Shown: positions 1-11,800 of the stretch, one piece after another
Position numbering within the stretch: position 1 is the first letter of the stretch
How the letters are laid out: every line of letters starts with the position of its first letter
DNA from: Dicyema japonicum
Taxonomy: Eukaryota > Animalia > Dicyemida
DNA: 64,000 nucleotides
Direction of reading: 5' to 3'
Assembly (NCBI GenBank): GCA_011109175.1
Contig: RDEW01000031.1
Coordinates: forward strand, 1-64,000
Notes under the pieces: generated by a model
The model's input: the letters and a program-made list of their open reading frames with translations, nothing else
Told to the model about the DNA's origin: nothing
The model's database searches: none
Made by a program: the position numbers and the translations under genes

Positions 1-1575
1 TATTATTCATTATGAACCCAATTGGAAAAGTTTTGGCTGCGAAGGAGTCTATGGATTTTTTATCAAGAAATTTGAATTTATTCACGGTCATTTTTGTGAC
101 GAAACTCTCAAAATTGTTAACGGGAGAGTGGTTTTAGGCGGGATTCCTTATCCAAAAAATAGAAGATTGTTGTACTCCGAATGATTTACGGCCTATTGTA
201 TGCATGCCTATATTATAAACTTGTTACAAAATGTGTCAATAAAAATTTACTGACTATATTAAAGTTTTTAATCCTATTTCTGATAACAAATTGTGAACGC
301 GTTCCACTCCATCAAACATTAATTGTTGTGCCTGGTTCTTGACGATTCAGAACTTTCAGATTAATTGTATAGTTTATCAAAAGTCTAATAAACAAGTGGA
401 GTGTTATTAGGAATCTTAATCAAAAGAAATATAAATAATCAAACTGGATAAAGAAATCTTTCAAAGAGACTCACTATCTCCCAACTTTTAACTTTAATAA
501 TAGACCCATTAAGTCAATACTAAACAGAAAATTCCCGAAGGTGTACAAAAATCAAAATGATCCGTCTATGGTGTGCTTTTTATTGATGATTTGAAGATTA
601 TTGTTAAAGAGAATAAAATTTTAAAATGATAGCGGATATTGACGAATATTTCTACGTTGTTGGTTTTAAAAAAATTGTGAGAAGTCTGCAACTAATTTCT
701 ACTGTGTCAACGATACAAAATGCTTTGACGGTTTGGTGGTTTATCAATATTTAGGAGTCTTTGTCATGAAAAATGGAGTTGTGAAAACAATCGCTGAGAA
801 TTTTAAGAAAGAATAAAAAATTTTGGAAATATTAGGTTAAATTCTATAAATTTGTTTAAAACGATGATTGAATAATTACTAAATCGGGCTGATTGACATT
901 GAACCTGTGTCTAAGAAAAGCAGGAATCATGCGGGTCTTGAAAGTGAAGAAAACACATGGCCATGATCGCTAGATTCACCACATTCAAGTGCAGGATAGA
1001 AAACTCTTCTAACTTATACGTTAATGTGATTAGGGAGTGGCAAAAGAAAAATCTCATGGATAATATTAAAATAATTGTTTTCAAGATACAAATGTCGACA
1101 TTAATGGGTCTACGGAATTGTTAAACAGTGAGAATAATAGTTCAAGGCCCGAAGCAATATACTGTATGTTCCACGGTCGAAATCTTTTCTTTGAAGAGAT
1201 GAGGTTAAATTGCAGTCATTGTGGTACTAAAAAGAGGGTGTAGCCGGATGCTGAATTGTGCATACATGCGGCAACATAATGAAGTTGTGAAATGTGTACA
1301 CTTAAATCTCTCTCGTCAATTTGGAATTAAAAAGTCTAAAAGGATAAAAACGCATACAATTCAGTCGATTGTATTTAATTGTATTGTGGAATTAAAGGTA
1401 GATACGACGCTTCAAACAGATACCCAGGTTAAACATAAAAAACAGGTATTTTTGTTTATGACAAAACGAAAAACGAGATAAACCTTATTGAAGTTAGAAT
1501 CACTTCTCAAGAAATGCTAAAGCAGGTTGAAGTAGAGAAACTGCATAAAAAGAGAGTATTTTTTTGGTAGAACAT
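1..1575 (+). mobile_element. Degenerate RLE-type (R4/Dong-like) non-LTR retrotransposon, RT plus C-terminal endonuclease
   Basis: Broken frames give DLRPIVCM (~185-210), LFIDDLK (~575-600), YQYLG (~745), then RHNEVVKCVHL (ORF 1221-1481) and LIEVRITSQEMLKQVEVEK (~1485-1550). Confidence 0.8.
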
Positions 1576-1949
1576 AAATATGGGTTGGTCTCACCAGATG
1601 ACTTGACAGAAACTGATATCGATGCTGATACAATCGACGAAAGACATGCTAAAGGAAAATTCTGTTTGCTAGAGTCTGATCGATGAAATTGAGGAGAGGA
1701 AAACTCAGCCCATGACGGTCCAAATTATTTACTATGAAGAGTCTAAAAGTTTGGGTGGACTTGGTTCAGAGGAAAGAATTAACTGCGACAGACTACATCA
1801 AATTAGTTTAGTTAAATTAAATTTATTGAATCAGAATAACACCGTTATAGCCAGAATAAAAAAATTAAGGTGATCCGGCCCCTCTCAGCAGTCTTCGCAT
1901 GCTCGGACTTGAAGGAGGTAATGTCCAAGGAGAACTCCTCTGGATGGTT

Positions 1950-2460
1950 TTGACTAATGGTCAGAATATTTAGCCAGCTTTCTCATTTTTTGCCAAGTAA
2001 GCGACAAGACAGCCAGAGTTTTATACTGGGTATTATATTCATGATGAGAATGATGAGGTATCAACACAAGTAACATCACATACGAGAGATTGTGCTTTGG
2101 CAAATAGGAAGATTGTCTTCTCGTCTGGTGTCCTCCCATCACCTGATCGAGTCCAAAAAGTTCGATGATGGAAGGGAACCCAGCAGCTTACAAACCATTT
2201 AGAGGTCGTGTTGTGCATGGGAAATTTTCCAAGGTTCTCCTTGCAAAAAGAGTGGATCCTTTCAGATCAATCATCTTCGGTGAGCCTCATAAACATTCAA
2301 ACCAAGGCAATATTAGATGCCAATACAAAGGCTCTCATTGTCGAGCAAAGTCTCGACGCCAGGGATTGGGTAACCATTTATTTAACAACCACTATCCTCC
2401 GAGCATGGTGAAAGTTAGGAGGTGTTGGTTGATGTTTTTCCTGAGTTCCAGGCATGTAAA
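1950..2460 (-). mobile_element. CRE-clade non-LTR fragment (RLE domain)
   Basis: Minus strand reads DGRTPDEKTIFLFAKAQSLVCDVTCVDT, homologous to DGKRPDG..WDATCVDT in the better CRE copies. Confidence 0.7.
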
Positions 2461-2664
2461 ATGATTGCTATTTTGTCCCAAGACCTCTGAGAAAGTTTAT
2501 CTGCTGCTGCAAGTTGTAATTATCAAATTCTCATCTTTCTACGTCATCAGAATTTTCTGCGTCAGAAAGATAAAACAAATGAAAATGATTAAGTTATTAA
2601 AATTGTAAATTCTTTAAAAAAAAGTTTCTGAATAATGAATAATCTTTATTTGGAAACAGAAATT

Positions 2665-2935
2665 AAAAAATTACTAGCAAATCATGTTCCAGCTGCCATT
2701 TCCACAGGCGATAGCCGTACCAAAGCGCTGTGAAAACTATCTCCTTTTGCAAGGATCTCTGAGTCGTGTTGCAATAATATTTCTGATTTGCCCAACCAAT
2801 TTACCTATTCTCCAACCGCTCCAGAGGTTCTAAGGCAATTGAGATTGAGCGGAAAAAATCTATAAGTGTCGATTATTCATTTTTCCATTAAGTAAATTCG
2901 ACACATTGGCAGTCGGAATGACTCGTCACTGTGAT
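2665..2935 (-). mobile_element. CRE-clade 3' end fragment
   Basis: Frameshifted IATRLRDP..FSQRFGTAIACGNG matches the CRE C-terminal DPRE..QRISIAIxRGNA. Confidence 0.55.
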
Positions 2936-3607
2936 ATTGTTTCCAAATTGGCTTATCAATAGTTTTGGGTTGATTAGAAGTTGACGTGATTCTCTGCATC
3001 GTTTAATAAAAAACCAAATTTACTTATTTTTTTAATTTTAAGTCTGTTTTAGTCTAATTAAATTAAAATTATTTATGAAGGTTAGTAGACATTGATGTAA
3101 TTGAAGTATTCCACAATTCTGACCAATTAAACACTTGTAAATTTTCTACATTTAAAATGAGTTAACTTAATCAATCACAAATAAATTAACTTAAAATAAA
3201 ACGTAAAATGTTGCACATTTAATCAAGTTTTAATTGTACTTTTTAAAAATCAAGTTCATTGTACTCTTTTTTCAGGATTTATCTATTTATTTAACTCAAA
3301 GAACACAACGAAAAAATTGCTAAGTTTAATCCAAGTAGTTAGCTAGTTAAGAGCACTCCCGCGTTACCTTAATTAGGATTCCGCTTATGCGATTTTTTCT
3401 GCTATCTACTCTACCAGTTTTCTCATGCAACTTTTTTCCTCACATTTCCGTCGTTGAGGTCATCGCTGTTCTCATTTTTCCATCATTTTTGCATAATCTT
3501 GATCAAGACAGAAAGGAAATATAGTACACTTCCGTCCACGAAAGTCCCCAGTTACATTTTGATCGAAAAAAAACTTCCATAATAAAGATACACGGTGTTA
3601 CTATATA

Positions 3608-3960
3608 CAGTCCAACCTCGACTCGAAGAAAACTTCACCTTGGGTTTTGGAACACCCTCGGGATTTTGAACACTTTGTAGAATTGGCATAGAAATAGTTA
3701 ATTATGACGTATTAAATAATTTATTCTATTAATTATGAATTTTTGGACTTCATAATTTACGATTTGATTTAAACAGACTTTTGAGGCATCAAATTGGTGA
3801 TCAGAAACTTTAAAAAAGACACGAGTTGAAATTCAAATGTCTCACAGGTGACAAGAATTCATGTTCTAGCGATATAATTGATGACTTTGTGACACTCTTT
3901 AATGAAAAAATTGTCCAATACGAGAATGAAAATATTTTTAACTGCGGTTAAATTTGTCTT
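3608..3960 (+). mobile_element. pogo/Tigger DNA transposon 5' remnant
   Basis: TA|CAGTCCAACCTCG terminus; FEASNW..NFKKRHELKFKCLTGD (CENP-B HTH); NIFNC. Confidence 0.6.
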
Positions 3961-4150
3961 TTCCTAAAGAAAACTCAAAAAATTCATTTTTCAAACGAAA
4001 CGATAATTCATCTGGATATAAGCAGAGCAAGAACTTCGGTTTTTGGATATGCTCAAAAAGTCGCCATCGAGATTTTATCAGTTCCTCGTTTATCGATCCG
4101 CATTTAAGTATATCGTAAAGATTCCTATTGTTTAATTTCTTCACTCTCAG
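3960..4150 (-). mobile_element. RTE-like LINE C-terminal fragment
   Basis: ORF 3938-4144 contains SINEELIKSRWRLFEHI, resembling the RTE IKxRRWRLFGHI motif. Confidence 0.4.
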
Positions 4151-4356
4151 TAAGATTATTATATTAATAGGCTTAAATAAAAAATCAATATTTTAGTATA
4201 TCATCATTGATCTAATTTAAAATAAAAATAATAATTTTAGAATGAATTAATTTCAATTATTAAATAATAATTAATTTTGCTAACTGTTCGTGTGTCATTT
4301 CTATTTTTCGATATTTTTGGATATTTTAATCTTATCTAATTTATTTCCTAGAATAA

Positions 4357-4607
4357 ATGCAACTACCAACATATGAAGAAACAATTAAGCAAGAACCTCC
4401 GAAATATTACGCTGCTGAAAATCCACAGACCTCTGTTTTCATGGTAAGAATGAGTATGCTTCAAATTTGTAGGTTTCCTCTGCCAGTCGAACTGGTTATG
4501 GAAACTATGGGAACAATAAACTTTTTTTCAACTTAATGTTGGTCGTTATAGTGATTATTCTGTTTTTCTCACTTTATTCTCTTCGCTACATATTTGGTCA
4601 TTTATAA
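4357..4607 (+). CDS. 73-aa single-pass membrane micro-protein with two PY motifs (2 exons)
   Basis: Exon 4357-4443 MQLPTYEETIKQEPPKYYAAENPQTSVFM; 29-nt GT-AG intron 4444-4472; exon 4473-4607 VSSASRTGYGNYGNNKLFFNLMLVVIVIILFFSLYSLRYIFGHL*. Missed by the ORF track. Confidence 0.7.
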
Positions 4608-4689
4608 CAACTTACTAATTTATTTTAATAATATTTGATTTTATGGACTTTGAAATTTAAACTATAGATCAGCGTAATTGTTGTCGAGG

Positions 4690-4790
4690 CACGAGGTATT
4701 GGCTTGACGAGTGACGCCGTCATCAGTGAATATCTCACTGCTGAACCGGATCTGATTAGACTCAGAAACCACAATGTTCATGAAATCCAG
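4690..4790 (+). mobile_element. SINE family, partial copy (core only)
   Basis: Contains the shared core GCTTGACGAGTGACGCCGTCATCAGTGAA. Confidence 0.7.
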
Positions 4791-5039
4791 TGGTTCACAG
4801 TTGATTTCGTTCTGTTGTGGAAAGCGACGCTACATCAATTATTATTAAAGAAATTTAGCTTTAACAGATGAGGATGGAAATGTTTGGTCAAAGGATTCTT
4901 TCTCGTGATTCTGAATAAATATAAATCGGCTTTGTTTTAATCTTTTTTTAATCAATAATTAAAAAAGTTTCATCCACGTCATACATAGTTATATAAAATC
5001 AAACGTTGAAGTTTAATTCAAATTAAAATTATTCCAAAG

Positions 5040-5260
5040 ACCAAAGATAATCAAACTAACTTGTTTATCTTGTTCGTTCCAGTGCTCCAGAACTTATCTC
5101 CATATAACGACATTGTCTCCCGGGAAGAGAATAGTTGGATCCTCTTGATGCCGGCCAGGCATTGGGCGTATCCTCAGTAAGGTGGATACAATGACGCCAT
5201 CGGTGTGAAGGAAAATAATTTTTGACTAACTAGCCACATAGCACCATATGGCGTCATGTG
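5040..5260 (+). mobile_element. LINE 3' end family D (other copies ~23720-23995, 24050-24120, 24893-25050, 26800-27020)
   Basis: Recurring GCCGGCCAGGCA..GGTGGATCACATGACGCC..AGCCACGCA..CACATGGCGCCACGC with variable 5' extents. Confidence 0.5.
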
Positions 5261-5879
5261 GATTTTTGTTTTGATGACATTAATCAAAATGGTATAACGT
5301 TTAGCGATATTTTGTTTAATTTTTGTTTATTTTTGGTGAGGCCTAGAATGGAGCTTATTGTAATATTAATTTTTTGACAACAAAAAGCAAGTTCGAATTA
5401 ACTGCATGCACAGCTTCTGGCAGATAATCTTCTACATACGTTTAAACTTGGCCTAGATGAGATTTGTATCCAAATTGCGCATCAGACGCTTTTTTTGTTC
5501 AGAACCATTTATGCTCATGAAAAAATGAAAGACAAGAATTTTCATTCATCATAAAGCTATGTAGACATTTCTTGCGATAGAAGTACCATAGCATTCAAAT
5601 TTTTTGACCAATTAACCACTTGATAAACAAAAATTCATAATTTATTAATAAAAGTAAAATTGTAAGAAAAATCGTAATTCAATAATGAAAATGAATAAGA
5701 AAAAAGAATAAACGGTTTTTTTTACAAATCATGTTGATACTGAGCGCCACCGCTATGGTGAATCACATAACGCCACGTTAAAATTTTTAAAACCTGTTCC
5801 AAATTTTAAATAATTATTTCATTTGGTAAAAAAATAAAGTAAGGCGAGCTAGATTCGCTCAAATAACCAGCAGCGCTCA

Positions 5880-6135
5880 CAAGGGTTCCAAATTGTTAAG
5901 GAAATCTGAAGATAATTCTAAAAACATCATCGATAGCGCGGTAAAGACATTTTCCTTCGCAGAGTAAGCAGAGAGAGCTAGAGAAAAGAAGTACAGAGGA
6001 CTCCATGGCTGATATATCTTCCGCGCGGTTAATGTGGAGACAATCCGAGTAATAAGCAGCAAGTCTCTGATCTTCATCAAGAGCTCAGAAGTCACAATAG
6101 CTGTGAAGCGCGATGGCTCATCAATGAAGTACCCT
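5880..6135 (+). mobile_element. CRE-clade RLE fragment
   Basis: AREKKYRGLHG*YIFRAVNVET matches RAKEKKYEALRDRFAFYPIVVET. Confidence 0.6.
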
Positions 6136-6146
6136 ACAAATTAATA

Positions 6147-7048
6147 CACTCAATTCCATAAATGTTGACCCAATTCTTATAAATGTTGACCCAATTCCCA
6201 TAAATGTTGACCCAATTCCCATAAATGATGTCCAAGTTATTTTCATCACATTGATTTAGAAAGGTTAAAAATGATTCCCGATTAAAAGACCCCTCGAATA
6301 TCATATTATGCTCATTTCCATTTATGGAAATAACCGTACAAATTAAAATGTTTCTCCCTTTGGACTTAGGCTGGTATAAAACTGCTTCAGTATTAATTGG
6401 AGAATACCCATAATTAATTGATGTATGCAAATTAAACCCGGTTTCATCCGAAAATAATAACGGTCGATTTCTAAACCCTAACATTCTTGATGAAAATACT
6501 CCCCTTTCTGCCGAATTTTCTGTACTCAATCTAACTTCGGACCTTTTCTTGAGTCTTTTTCTTGTGATGCAGGCCTCCTTTAAATCTCTTGAAATTTGAG
6601 ACTTAGAAAGATTCACTGAAAGTTTTTCTTGAAGACCAACTTGTGTCAGCGAGTTGTCATTTCCAAAAATAGATCTCATTTCGACATTCAACATTTCTTT
6701 ATGTTTCTTTTTTCGGCCTACTGTCTTGTAAAGATCACCGAAAGTAGGATCCTCGAGTTCACAGCTTTCGATCTTTTGTATACACCTGTTCAAACTTTTT
6801 TTACTTATCAAGGTGATCTCAATCAACTCTTCTTTTGTTTTAACTTTGTAAAGTCTTTTAATTTGATTAAATAGACTTTCGTTCATAAAAACCTTGCGAC
6901 TTCTCATATCTGTATTAGTTGATACCATAATAGGGGAAATTAAAATATAGATTTACTCGTGTATTATTTATATATATAACTTGGACATCATTTACGGGAA
7001 TTGGGTCAACATTTATGGGAATTGGGTCATCATTTATGGGATTAAGTG
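6147..7048 (-). mobile_element. Internally deleted Tc1/mariner (IS630-like) element with repeat-containing TIRs
   Basis: TA at 6145-46 and 7049-50; inverted repeats 6147-6240 and 6976-7048 built of 21-bp units; ORF 6134-6928 has HTH region and LLFSDETGF, truncated before the second catalytic Asp. Confidence 0.9.
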
Positions 7049-7499
7049 TAATCATCATTTTATCAAAATGTCACTTAATTACGTTAATTTGGTTAATAAT
7101 TTGAATCAAACTAGGTCAAGTGGTAACGAATTTGGCGCGGTAACGGTGGATCTTGACATTTCACGTATATAACAGAAGTTTTATGCCACACGATCAATGC
7201 TATAATGAGACAATGGAAAGGTTGCTTCAAGTTTACGGAACATGCCATTAATAAAAATCTATTGATCTCATGTGTAGATATTTTAATTTTTGACTGCAAT
7301 TAACCTTCTTAATTATGTGTTTGTCATACTGAATGACTCATTATAGGTAATATTTTGATTCTTATCTATGCATTTTAAAAATATATACTAAGAAAATGTT
7401 AATGGTGGTGTTGCGTTTTTTTGATGTTCGCTCTTTCACATTACTTCAAACTAGCGAATAGTTTTCGATGAAATTCATTGTGCTTGAGCCAAACACTCC

Positions 7500-7865
7500 A
7501 TACGTTTCAAAAGAAGGCTGAAATATGCGATGGAGCCAAGAGAGATGTCTTGTTTGGGATTCAACATGCACGGACATTTTTTCTAATGAAAATTTGCTCA
7601 AGTCATTGTTGCGCGTGGCTATCGCAACGAGCACTTCTGAAGATTTAAAAAGAAGGAAGGATCGGTTCGCTTTCCAGTCGATCTCCGTTGAGACGTCTTC
7701 CGTTAGTGACCCTAGAACATCTGAGTTTATCATGCTAATCGGGCCGCTTGTAGGACAGTAGAAGGGTGAACCTAGAATGACACGATGGCTCTACCATAAC
7801 ATTGGGCTTGCAATCATGAGAGTTAACTCACATTGTGTGCTCAATGCTTCCAGGTCATAATGAAA
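7500..7865 (+). mobile_element. CRE-clade RLE/3' fragment
   Basis: LVWDSTCTDIFS..DRFAFQSISVETS..GEPRMTRWLYHNIGLAIMR. Confidence 0.75.
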
Positions 7866-7954
7866 CCTCGTGATAACAACTAACATTATAAAAATATTTG
7901 AGATTATTTTATGAAAAGGGATCGACATCTAGTTGACCCAACAAATTCTCGGTG

Positions 7955-8100
7955 AAAATTGTTGCTATAAGCGGAAAGCATTTTTTTCACGAAAGACTGA
8001 CAAGACTGATTACACTCAGAAGCCATGACGTTTTTGAAACCCAGAAACTGCTTCAGGTGATCTCTGTTGCTATCGTATAGGGCAACACCACGTCAATTAT
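7955..8100 (+). mobile_element. CRE-clade 3' end fragment
   Basis: RLITLRSHD..LLQVISVAIV*GNTTSI. Confidence 0.65.
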
Positions 8101-8111
8101 TAATAGTAAAA

Positions 8112-8418
8112 TAATAATAATAATCGCACTTTCAGAGGAGCTATATTAGGTATCGCTCCCCAAGGCAGAACACACACTTTATTTTAAGCAAAGAACAGTT
8201 ATTATAGCTAATCGAGGGAGGATCAAGGAATGCTCTTCACTTCTTTGTTTTCTTTTTCTTGGGTGTATCTCTTTTATATACTATCCGATTCCGCAGTAAA
8301 GTTCACTGATGACGGCGTCACTCGTCAAGCCAAAGCATATTGATGCGTGGAACCTTCATGTGCAGTATTGGGATTCGAACTAGCCACATTCAGGCCTCTT
8401 GCCCAGCAACCGTCACAC
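8112..8418 (-). mobile_element. tRNA-derived SINE, full length
   Basis: B-box AGTTCGAATCCC, shared core, (ATT)n tail; 11-bp TSD TAATAGTAAAA at 8101-8111 and 8419-8429. Confidence 0.85.
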
Positions 8419-8808
8419 TAATAGTAAAACTAAATAAATAATTAGACTTTTCATAAAAAATCAAAAAAAATTATTAAGTATATAAGTTACGATAATATTA
8501 TCTGAGGATTGAAAAATATTACAACTTACGAATATTCCATAATTTTGAGAAAAAATTTTAATGAGAAATGTAAAAAAAACTTTAAGGAAAAAATCGTTTG
8601 TCACTAGTTTGGTCAAATTATATATATTAATTTGATAAATAAAATCAAAAAATTTTTTTTGATTTTTTTCTAAGTCCACTAGTGTAACGCGTAGCGCCTG
8701 TGACATAGTATTTACGGAAAAATAATAATAAATGTAATTGTTGGGGTCATTATATGATGAAGGCTGGCAAGATATTGAAAAATAAAAATAACAACATTTT
8801 TCATATTA

Positions 8809-9810
8809 TGTCGCGAGCGCTGAGAGTGATCCATCACTGTCAGTCATCGTCAAAAATAAAAATAATCTATTACATCAAAGTTAACTAAGGTCAATTATTA
8901 GCAATTAACTATTATTTCAAGTCGTCTTGAATTTTTTAGTCGTCGTGAATAAACTTTCTTAAAAGACCCAGCACTATCTTCGACTTTGACAAAATTATTA
9001 GACAATTTCTCGGCAATAGTTACTAGATCCCCATACGGATGTTCAAATTTTTTTAATCGAAAAGAAGGATTCGTCTCATAATCTTTTTGAATACTAACCT
9101 TTAAGTAATTAAAAATAGAATACAATATCTCCAACTTCTAACTCATATTTTGATCGATTGACTCCCTCCCATCTTCCTATTCATTCTTCTATAATATGAA
9201 AACTGCAAATTCATCCTCTTAAAGTTAAAGTGGTACTCATCATCTTTACTAATAAATAACAATAAAAAACCTTTATTATAATTGTCGGGAATTTCTACAA
9301 CTTCCAAATCTTCCATATTAACACTTTTTGGATTTTCCTAAACATCTGATTCCACAACTGTGTGGAATACAGGAATACCAAGATACACTTTAGAATCCAA
9401 TTCTTCTATACTAAAACTTTCAGGATTATCGTGAACATGATTCCACAATAGTCGAGGAATCCACGATACTCTTTGGAATCGGTCAGAGAAAACTCGCTAG
9501 AAATAACATGTAATAAATATTATTTTTTCACACTTAATATTAGGTATCGGGGAGTATGGAAGCAAATTCCGGAACGCGTGTACATACGACCCCATACATG
9601 TTAGGGAGCGAATTCTGAACATGCGAGCATACGACGATAGTATTAAATCCTTGCTCATTCCTCATAATATTTTAATTAAAATTAAATAAAAGTTTTTCTA
9701 TAATTCCGAGAAAATGCACAAATTATTCCGAAACTTAAGTATTGATTAATTTGCAATAAACATGATAGATGTTGGCACCTGTCAAATCACCTGTCATCAC
9801 ACTCAGCGCT
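8809..9810 (-). mobile_element. Possible Ginger/Gypsy-integrase-type DNA transposon remnant with micro-introns
   Basis: Left end TGTCGCGAGCGCTGAGAGTGAT; inverted match ATCACACTCAGCGCT at 9796-9810. Splicing a 25-nt GT-AG intron gives KYELEVGDI|VSIQKDYETNPSFRLKKFEHPY..IAEKLSNNFVKV, resembling an integrase C-terminal SH3-like region. Confidence 0.35.
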
Positions 9811-10955
9811 AAAATTTTAAAAGGCAATAAAATAAAATACTATTCACTCTACAACTATATTTCAAATTGTTTGTAATGAAAATAAAGTACAAAGTTCTCT
9901 TTACTTTGTTGATCTTACTGATTATAATTTATAAGTTTACATCATTCACGGTTAACCAGCCATAATATTTTAGAATCCAATCAGAAAGGAATTCGTAGGT
10001 GAAGAATTCATATTAGTAAGCGCCTACTACAATATTGGAAAATTCATAAAACAAGGTGGCCCTCGTAGTCCGTCTGAATATTTCGAATGGATGTACAAAT
10101 TTGGATTTATTGAAAATCATCTTGTCTTTTTTTCTGATGAGAAAATCCTGAATCATATGAAAAATATCAGATATAATCTTCCAACTACATTATTGCACGT
10201 TAATAGATCAGAACTGTTTGGTTTCAAAGAATTGAGGAAATAAAACATATATTTACACTTCCTGGTTTTGGTAAATATCCACTGGAGACAGCCAATTCTG
10301 AATATAATGCTATTATGCATTCCAAACACGACCTGATCAAACGGACTATTAAGCTCTTCTTTAGTGATTTTTCATACATTGCCTGGGTTGATGTTGGTCT
10401 ATTTCGCTTCGCACAACCTACTTTCAAGTTCTCATTGAAAACGTCAGAATATGTGGATAATACTCGTGTACTAATGACTCAACCGGAGAAGTTCTATAAT
10501 TATTCAATTGAAACAATAGTCAAAGAAGCGAAAATCTGGGTATCCGGAGCAATTTTGGCTGGTCATATCCGAACAATCTCCGCATTTTGTGATGCTTATG
10601 AAAATTTCTTCAACAATATGATGTTTATGAATCTGATTGCCACTGATGAGCAACTAATCTACTCTATGTACTCCCGTGAAGGACTTAAAATTATGAAAAA
10701 TGACGTAAAACTGAGTGTATTTCAATGTGATTATTTTGGACTTTACGTTCTTTTCTCTAACGTGTCTACGAAGGATTCATGCCCATAAATGATTTATTTT
10801 TAATAATTAATTTTAAAAATTAAATCTTGATTTTCTGTAAATTAAATTATTTTATACACTCGCATCGATTATAAGCTAGATGAAGTAGAGGACTTATATT
10901 CTCTACTCAAAATTGCATCCTCGAAAGAAGCGTGGAGGCAGCACACAAAAAAAAT
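9808..10955. repeat. ~1.15-kb inverted duplication, partner at ~21510-22656
   Basis: Upstream region, gene, 3' region and a downstream Tc1-like remnant all align to the reverse complement of 21510-22656. Confidence 0.9.
9876..10788 (+). CDS. HtrL/YibB-family putative glycosyltransferase, type II membrane anchor; one apparent 1-nt gap at ~10226
   Basis: Exon 9876-9950 MKIKYKVLFTLLILLIIIYKFTSFT (TM); 23-nt intron 9951-9973; then LVSAYYNIG..SEYFEW..HSKHDLI..YIAWVDVGLFR..SGAILAG..IATDEQ. Frame is restored by one extra A in TTCAAAGA. Confidence 0.7.
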
Positions 10956-11304
10956 TGATATTTTCTGGGATGATAGGCCAATTTATCACTTGAAAACATT
11001 AACAATTACTAAGTTTTGTTTCAATATAAACAAAATAGAGAGAAGCTAAATCCCCAAGAAAATAGAGGTATTAAATTAAATCCCCAAGGAAAATAAAAGT
11101 ATTAAATGAAATTACCAAATCGATTGGTAAAACAAAAAACAAATTCCGAGAAATTTATGTAATACCAATAATATTGAGATTTTTAATATTAAGCTGATAA
11201 AAATAAATTAAGTAATTCAAATTAATAATATTTTAAATATAAAAGAAATTATTAAACTATGATAAAAATTACAAATCACTCAAATATCGATTATTGAAAA
11301 GTTT

Positions 11305-11443
11305 TAACCTTGAACCTTAATCCTAAACGTTAACATAAAAAACCCCCATAAATCTAACCTTAATCATAACCCTAATCGTTAATCCAAATCATTTACCCTA
11401 AACCTTAACCCTAAACTAAACCTTAACCATAGCCCTAAACCTT
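11305..11443 (+). repeat. Degenerate telomere-like (CCCTAA/CCTTAA) tract
   Basis: Repeated aaccttaa, ccctaa and ccctaaac units. Confidence 0.6.
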
Positions 11444-11444
11444 C

Positions 11445-11800
11445 AGAAAAGAGGAAGACACAAGGACTTTTATGAACATGTGAATGGTACTTCACCTCTT
11501 GGTCTTGGAAACCATTGCTTCAATGAATCCGAAATTGTTCTGAAGAACCTGCCCTTTTGGGTTGACGATAACGACCTTCATGAATTTTTCAAGGAATTAA
11601 CCCCCTCTACCACGAACATATTCCGTTTATACAAGGGAGATAGGAGACTTCCTCTTGCAAAGATTCTAGTTGGACCAAGGGCTACATCGCTTGTCCGTCT
11701 TGGTTTTAACATTACCCACGTGCCAATTACATGTGAATGATACAGAAGTGGCCCACCGAGGTTTTTCAACTGCCAAAGCTATGGACACATTCGAGACAAT
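11445..11800 (+). mobile_element. Jockey/I-group LINE ORF1 (gag-like) fragment
   Basis: IVLKNLPFWVDDNDLHEFF.. followed by knuckle start NCQSYGHI. Confidence 0.65.

Noticed and set aside
6155-6240. 21-bp repeats as a CRISPR array
   Set aside because: No spacers, eukaryotic context, and the repeats are part of Tc1 TIRs.
8300-8335. CTGATGA in the SINE core as a hammerhead ribozyme
   Set aside because: No GAAA after a plausible stem II; the catalytic core is incomplete in all copies.
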